From: Candidatus Methylomirabilis sp.
GTDB taxonomy: Bacteria > Patescibacteriota > Patescibacteriia > 2-12-FULL-60-25
DNA: 34,205 bases
Assembly (NCBI GenBank): GCA_035561755.1
Contig: DATMXG010000020.1
Coordinates: 1 to 34,205 of the forward strand
Reading direction: 5' to 3'
Positions 29,415 to 34,205 of this stretch are shown piece by piece. Every line of letters starts with the position of its first letter. The first letter of the stretch is position 1. The notes beneath the pieces were generated by a model that was given only the letters and a program-made list of their open reading frames with translations, was not told where the DNA came from and made no database searches. The position numbers and the translations under genes are program-made.

Positions 29415-30767
29415 ATGGAAAATCTAGCACCGCCGTGTTCATACCCGCCCATCACGGTTGAAATCGACAGTTCCGCGTACCCCGGAGTCATCCAAAACTT
29501 CCTCCGACAGAACCGCGCCGACAGCGACCGGTTCGTGCGGGAAGCGACAGATCGACAACGCTGGCTCCAGAATCACGCATTCCGCGTCACCGCGGACCTG
29601 TGCATCGACGGCCGCGTGAGCGACTTCTCCGAGGCGCTTGGCCTGTCGACTGGCCTCCTCGAAATGTATCGCTCCGGTGGAGCGATGGACTTCGTGGATT
29701 CGTGGCGCTACGCGCGTCTCGGCCTGGACGGCAACCGCAAGCTCCGGCAGCTTCCGGTAGGCGGCGTGTTCATTAAGGAGATGGCGGAAATGCGGTTCGT
29801 TGTCGTCCACCACTCCGCATCCCGTCCAAACGACGCCTCGTGTGCGGCCTGGAAACACAACACGAAGGCCGCAGTGGAAGGCATGCGCCGTCACGCCGAC
29901 GTACTGAACGAAAGCTTCCGCGGCCACATGGCGGCCATCGTCGCGCTCGTGGATACGGACTTCGACGCCATTACCGTCGTCGGTCCCAACGGCAAGCTGT
30001 GTACCGCGGAGCTCGCACAAGCTCCGGTGGCACTGGATCGCACGGCCCAACAGATGCTCGAAGACAGGCTCCGCGACATCTACCCGATCGACTGGACGCC
30101 GATCAAGAACCTTTCGTCGCCGCTCTTCGCGAACGCATTCTTTACCGAACTCGCCGGCCACCTCCTGGCCAATGCGGCCTTCGTACGCGAGGTGATCGAA
30201 TCGAAGCGCCCGATCGAACTCCTAGACCATCAGGAACGGCTGATCTTCGTGGGTCGCCCGCTCGAAACCCGCGACCACAACGCGGCGTTCCTGATCGGAG
30301 ATACGGAAAACCTCCTCTTCTTCAGGCGGGAGGATCGACTGGAAGAAATTCTCGCCTCGTTGAAGTGCGGCGTGCTCCAGCGTGATGTTGAAGACGTGGT
30401 CGGCGAGCTGGAGATGGGATCGGACTTTGGGATCGCCTTCCGAATCGTGCTCGGCAACATCGTTGATGACGTGATCAGAGAAGGAAACAGGGATTTTCAG
30501 ATCCCCGTCCTCATCAGCATCCCGCACGATGAAGACGACCGCGTCTGGACCTCGCATTACGCGCTCGCGCTCAAGGCAAGACTCTTGGCAGGTGTCCGGC
30601 GAATCCGCCGCGTGGCCGTACAGAAACTCCTCACGTCGGGCAGGCTGAACGGAAAACGATACTGCCCGGAATGGCTCCCGTCCGAACTCGACCGGCTCGA
30701 GGAACACGTGGCGTTCTGCACCACGGTCCACGACCGCCGTACGCGTCTGTTCGTTCCGTGCGACTGA
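29415..30767 (+). CDS. CsoSCA-like (beta-class) carbonic anhydrase homologue
   Basis: CIDGR, HHS...SCAAW, VDTDFDAI, HQERLIFVG motifs in the order recalled for carboxysome shell carbonic anhydrase. Confidence 0.6.
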   Translation: MENLAPPCSYPPITVEIDSSAYPGVIQNFLRQNRADSDRFVREATDRQRWLQNHAFRVTADLCIDGRVSDFSEALGLSTGLLEMYRSGGAMDFVDSWRYARLGLDGNRKLRQLPVGGVFIKEMAEMRFVVVHHSASRPNDASCAAWKHNTKAAVEGMRRHADVLNESFRGHMAAIVALVDTDFDAITVVGPNGKLCTAELAQAPVALDRTAQQMLEDRLRDIYPIDWTPIKNLSSPLFANAFFTELAGHLLANAAFVREVIESKRPIELLDHQERLIFVGRPLETRDHNAAFLIGDTENLLFFRREDRLEEILASLKCGVLQRDVEDVVGELEMGSDFGIAFRIVLGNIVDDVIREGNRDFQIPVLISIPHDEDDRVWTSHYALALKARLLAGVRRIRRVAVQKLLTSGRLNGKRYCPEWLPSELDRLEEHVAFCTTVHDRRTRLFVPCD

Positions 30768-30992
30768 CAGGGAGAATGGTTGCTACTGCTGCTGTTCGGG
30801 CGGGTCTAAGACCCGCCCGCACGACCCGCCCGTACGCCCGTCCGTGCAGACCCTTGCATGGACCCGCCCCTCCGACACGCCCATCCCGATCCGCGGGATG
30901 GGCGTTTTCAGTTCCGATCGTACTGTTACCCATTCATCATGGCCAATTTGTCTCCCTTGATGCAGGACGCAAATCAGTACACACTGGGTCGC

Positions 30993-31355
30993 ATGGGACT
31001 AAAACTCACTGTCTCTCTCATATCCGTCGGCTTAACCCTCACGGCGTTTTGTCCTTCCGCTCTCGCAGCTACCCATACACCCGGAATAATCGACCGCCAT
31101 TCGAGCATGAGCCTCGCGGAACACGTGCGCGAGTTTATGTCATCCTGCGGCATGGCGGAAAGCGCCCCGATCGAATACGACGTGCGCCCGTCGCTCATCG
31201 CGCCGCCGCGGTCCGATCCCCATGCCACGCCAACCGTCACGATCGCGGCATTCGTTTCACTCCAAACGTCGCTGATACGCAAGCGGCCAATGAGGAGACG
31301 CATTCGCGCCCCTGATCCGAAATTTGAATCGTACAGCACCGCCAAACGAGAATAG
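30993..31355 (+). CDS. Hypothetical small exported protein
   Basis: Signal-like N-terminus, His/Met-containing segment, directly upstream of the copper genes. Confidence 0.35.
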   Translation: MGLKLTVSLISVGLTLTAFCPSALAATHTPGIIDRHSSMSLAEHVREFMSSCGMAESAPIEYDVRPSLIAPPRSDPHATPTVTIAAFVSLQTSLIRKRPMRRRIRAPDPKFESYSTAKRE

Positions 31356-31406
31356 GCCTTGTGAATGAGGGTCTGTGAGATTACTCTTATTTACGGTTGA
31401 TTCCCT

Positions 31407-32819
31407 ATGTCTCGCATCATCACGTGGAACGTGACGGGCATGACCTGTCACTCGTGCGAAAAAATGATCGGGAGCGTCTTGAACGACATCCCTGGGGTGG
31501 AAGAATCCGAGGTTTCCCTGAAGCAGGGGAGAGCCGGCGTGAGCATGCGCGATGAAGCGGCTGATCCGGACATCGCGCTCTTGAACGCGAGGCTCGGCGC
31601 GCACGGATATGCGCTCATCCCCGAACACACTCGGCGAGACCAAGCGACTGATACCCGACCCGCGCCTCTCGTTTCAGCTCAGGACAGATCACGCCAAGAG
31701 GTCTGTCGTCTGCCCACGGGCGTACGGGACCGCTTCAGTACCCGTCTGCGCCGCGCTCTCGTTGCGCTCTTCGCCGTAGGCGTGGCATCCGTCTTCATCC
31801 TGGGACCGCTCCGCAGCCTTGTACCGAACGTGTCGGCGAGCGCATCCATCGGCGCCATGATCGCGTTCGGTCTCGTGGCATCGGTTTCCACCTGTCTCTC
31901 AACGACAGGAGGATTTCTCATGGCATACAATGGCGCGTCACGAACAAAGCGCCAGCTCATCGCGGTTCATCTTGGCCGCCTGTCATCGTTTCTCGCGGGT
32001 GGCGCGCTCCTGGGTTTTATCGGCCGCACACTCCCCGGCGTGTCCGAGAACCTCTACGGCCTCCTCGCCCTCGTGCTCGGAACCGTACTCCTCCTCATGG
32101 GACTCCACATGCTTGATCTCTCCCCGTCTCTGGCCAAACTCGGTCTCACGCTTCCACGCAGCGCCTCGAAACTCGCTGACCGCGTCTCGTCTTCCGATCA
32201 CACGATCACCCCGTATTTCGTAGGCGCCGTCACGTTCATGCTGCCGTGCGGTTTCACGCAGACGGCGCAGGCGCTGGCGCTCGCGTCCGATTCACCGGTT
32301 TCAGGCATGCTCCTCATGGGCGCATTTGCGCTCGGCACCCTTCCGGTCCTCGCCGGAATATCGACATTCGGATCCGCGCGCGTACTACAATACCGCACCG
32401 TCAAACTCGCAACCGGTGCCGTCCTCTCATTCTTCGCCTTCGGCCAGATCGACGGAGGCCTCACCGTCATGGGAGCACCGGTGACGCCGGGATCGCTTCT
32501 CACGGGTTGGACGTCGCAAGCGGCCCAACAGGCGATCCCCGCCGCAAATGCGCAGGAACAGGTGGTGCGCATGACGGTCGCATCCGGAACATACGCTCCC
32601 AAAGTCCTCACGGTAAAAAAAGGAGTACCCGTGCGGTGGGAGATCGACGGGCAGGACGTGGGAGGCTGCGCGAGTTCGCTCGTAATGCCGACGTACGGCA
32701 TCCGTCGGAACCTCACGCCCGGCCTGAATATCATTCAATTCACCCCGAAGAGCGCGGGAGCCGTTCCCTTCAGCTGCGGCATGGGCATGATCCGCGGTTC
32801 ATTTAACGTTACCGACTGA
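31407..32819 (+). CDS. Heavy-metal-associated domain + DsbD_2/sulfite-exporter-like membrane domain + cupredoxin fusion
   Basis: GMTCHSC, STC, LPCGFTQ, FALGTLP, GC and [10 protein letters not shown]. Confidence 0.88.
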   Translation: MSRIITWNVTGMTCHSCEKMIGSVLNDIPGVEESEVSLKQGRAGVSMRDEAADPDIALLNARLGAHGYALIPEHTRRDQATDTRPAPLVSAQDRSRQEVCRLPTGVRDRFSTRLRRALVALFAVGVASVFILGPLRSLVPNVSASASIGAMIAFGLVASVSTCLSTTGGFLMAYNGASRTKRQLIAVHLGRLSSFLAGGALLGFIGRTLPGVSENLYGLLALVLGTVLLLMGLHMLDLSPSLAKLGLTLPRSASKLADRVSSSDHTITPYFVGAVTFMLPCGFTQTAQALALASDSPVSGMLLMGAFALGTLPVLAGISTFGSARVLQYRTVKLATGAVLSFFAFGQIDGGLTVMGAPVTPGSLLTGWTSQAAQQAIPAANAQEQVVRMTVASGTYAPKVLTVKKGVPVRWEIDGQDVGGCASSLVMPTYGIRRNLTPGLNIIQFTPKSAGAVPFSCGMGMIRGSFNVTD

Positions 32820-32820
32820 T

Positions 32821-34205
32821 ATGCAACGGAAGACGATACCGATCCGCGGGATGCATTGCGCATCCTGCGCCGTAACGATCGAACACGCGCTGAAGAAGGT
32901 TCCGGGGGTGAAACATGCGAGCGCGAATTTCGCCATGGAACGCGCCTCCGTGGAATACGACGAAACAAAAACAGGGCCGGATCAGCTGGCGCAGGCGATC
33001 AGGGACAATGGCTACGACCCTGTCATGGGAACCCCGCCGGAGCAGACATCGTACATGGCGCATGGAACCGCGTCCGAAACGGAACTGTCCGAGGCCTCAC
33101 ACATGACGCATAGCGGATACATACACACGAAAGGGATCATCCTCGCGTTCACCCTAACGATCCCGCTCGTGGCGAGCATGGCGGTGACCCTGGACATTGG
33201 GACGCTCTTCGGGCGTCCGGCAATCGAAGTCATGAACCTTGTCGTCGCCTGGATCCTCGTGGCCTGGCTTGGCAGGGGATTCCACAAGGGCACGTGGAAC
33301 GAACTCAAGCACCGGCGGGCGAACATGGATACGCTCGTAACGGTGGGGACGGGCGCCGCGCTTCTCTGGAGCACGTACGCATTCTTCGCCGGCGGTGACG
33401 TGTACTTTGAAGTGGCGGGTATTATCATCGTCTTCCTCCTGCTCGGCAAGTACCTCGAAGCACGTCAGCGCATGCGTGCGGGCGAAGCCATTCAGGCGCT
33501 CCTCGGACTCCACGCCAAACTCGCCCATCGAGTAGCGTCGGACGGCGGCATGGAAGACGTTGATCCCAGCGGTCTGAAGCCCGGTGACACGTGCCGCGTG
33601 AAACCGGGGGAGCGCATCCCGATGGACGGGGTAATTCTGGAAGGAGACTCGAGCATCGACGAATCCATGCTCACCGGAGAACCGATACCCGTGGAAAAAC
33701 ATAAGGGCGACCTTGTGTACGGCGCCACCGTGAACGGAACCGGATCGTTCCTCATGAGCGTCACGGTGGAACCCGGAAAATCCGCTCTGGACGCGATCGT
33801 GGCGACGGTTGAACACGCGCTCTCCACCAAATCGCCGGTCGAGAAGCTCGTGGATCGAATCTCCTCAGTGTTCGTACCCACCGTCATCGTCGCAGCCATC
33901 GTGACGTTCGCCGTGTGGCTTGTCTTGTCGGGAAACCCTGGTGAAGCTGTCCGTCACGCGGTCGCGGTCCTGATCGTGGCCTGCCCGTGCGCCCTGGGCC
34001 TCGCCACTCCCGCTGCCATCATGGTCGGCACGGGCGCAGGAGCGAAGAAGGGAATACTCGTGAAGGACGGTTCGGCGCTTGAAGCGGCGCGCGACATCTC
34101 GATCGTGGTATTCGACAAGACTGGCACGCTCACCGAGGGCAAACCCACGGTCACGGACATCATCGAAAACCGCGCTGCCGGGGTGGAGCCGCTTGAGGTG
34201 ATGAA
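32821..34205 (+). CDS. copA: Copper-translocating P1B-type ATPase (truncated by the window end)
   Basis: Translated by hand from ATG 32821: [49 protein letters not shown]. Confidence 0.92.
   Translation, partial: MQRKTIPIRGMHCASCAVTIEHALKKVPGVKHASANFAMERASVEYDETKTGPDQLAQAIRDNGYDPVMGTPPEQTSYMAHGTASETELSEASHMTHSGYIHTKGIILAFTLTIPLVASMAVTLDIGTLFGRPAIEVMNLVVAWILVAWLGRGFHKGTWNELKHRRANMDTLVTVGTGAALLWSTYAFFAGGDVYFEVAGIIIVFLLLGKYLEARQRMRAGEAIQALLGLHAKLAHRVASDGGMEDVDPSGLKPGDTCRVKPGERIPMDGVILEGDSSIDESMLTGEPIPVEKHKGDLVYGATVNGTGSFLMSVTVEPGKSALDAIVATVEHALSTKSPVEKLVDRISSVFVPTVIVAAIVTFAVWLVLSGNPGEAVRHAVAVLIVACPCALGLATPAAIMVGTGAGAKKGILVKDGSALEAARDISIVVFDKTGTLTEGKPTVTDIIENRAAGVEPLEVM

Overview
Bacterial chromosome segment, probably from a Patescibacteria/CPR organism (inferred from gene style and order, not proven). 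It carries housekeeping genes (atpD, atpC, gltX, dusB, uvrB, dnaG, rpoD, msrB, cspA, tRNA-Asn), a nirK nitrite reductase, a CsoSCA-like carbonic anhydrase and a copper-handling pair running off the right edge. The standout is a 3.7 kb locus after uvrB (about 11000-14670). A 541-aa IS110/Nop-domain protein with an apparently degenerate RuvC-like N-terminus is flanked on both sides by arrays of stem-loop units: 13 upstream and 10 downstream, 23 in total. The consensus unit is outer stem-GAC-T-[10-nt spacer A]-T-GTC-loop-GAC-T-[10-nt spacer B]-T-GTC-outer stem. All spacers are different and the stems covary. This resembles a TIGR-Tas-like or bridge-RNA-like dual-guide RNA system with its own promoters and terminators, a repeated linker hairpin, and a spacer-less copy of the motif in the gene's 5' UTR. 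Also present are a GIY-YIG gene in long inverted repeats plus an empty copy of the same element, REP-like palindromes inserted in frame in dusB, uvrB and dnaG, and a tRNA 3'-end duplication.
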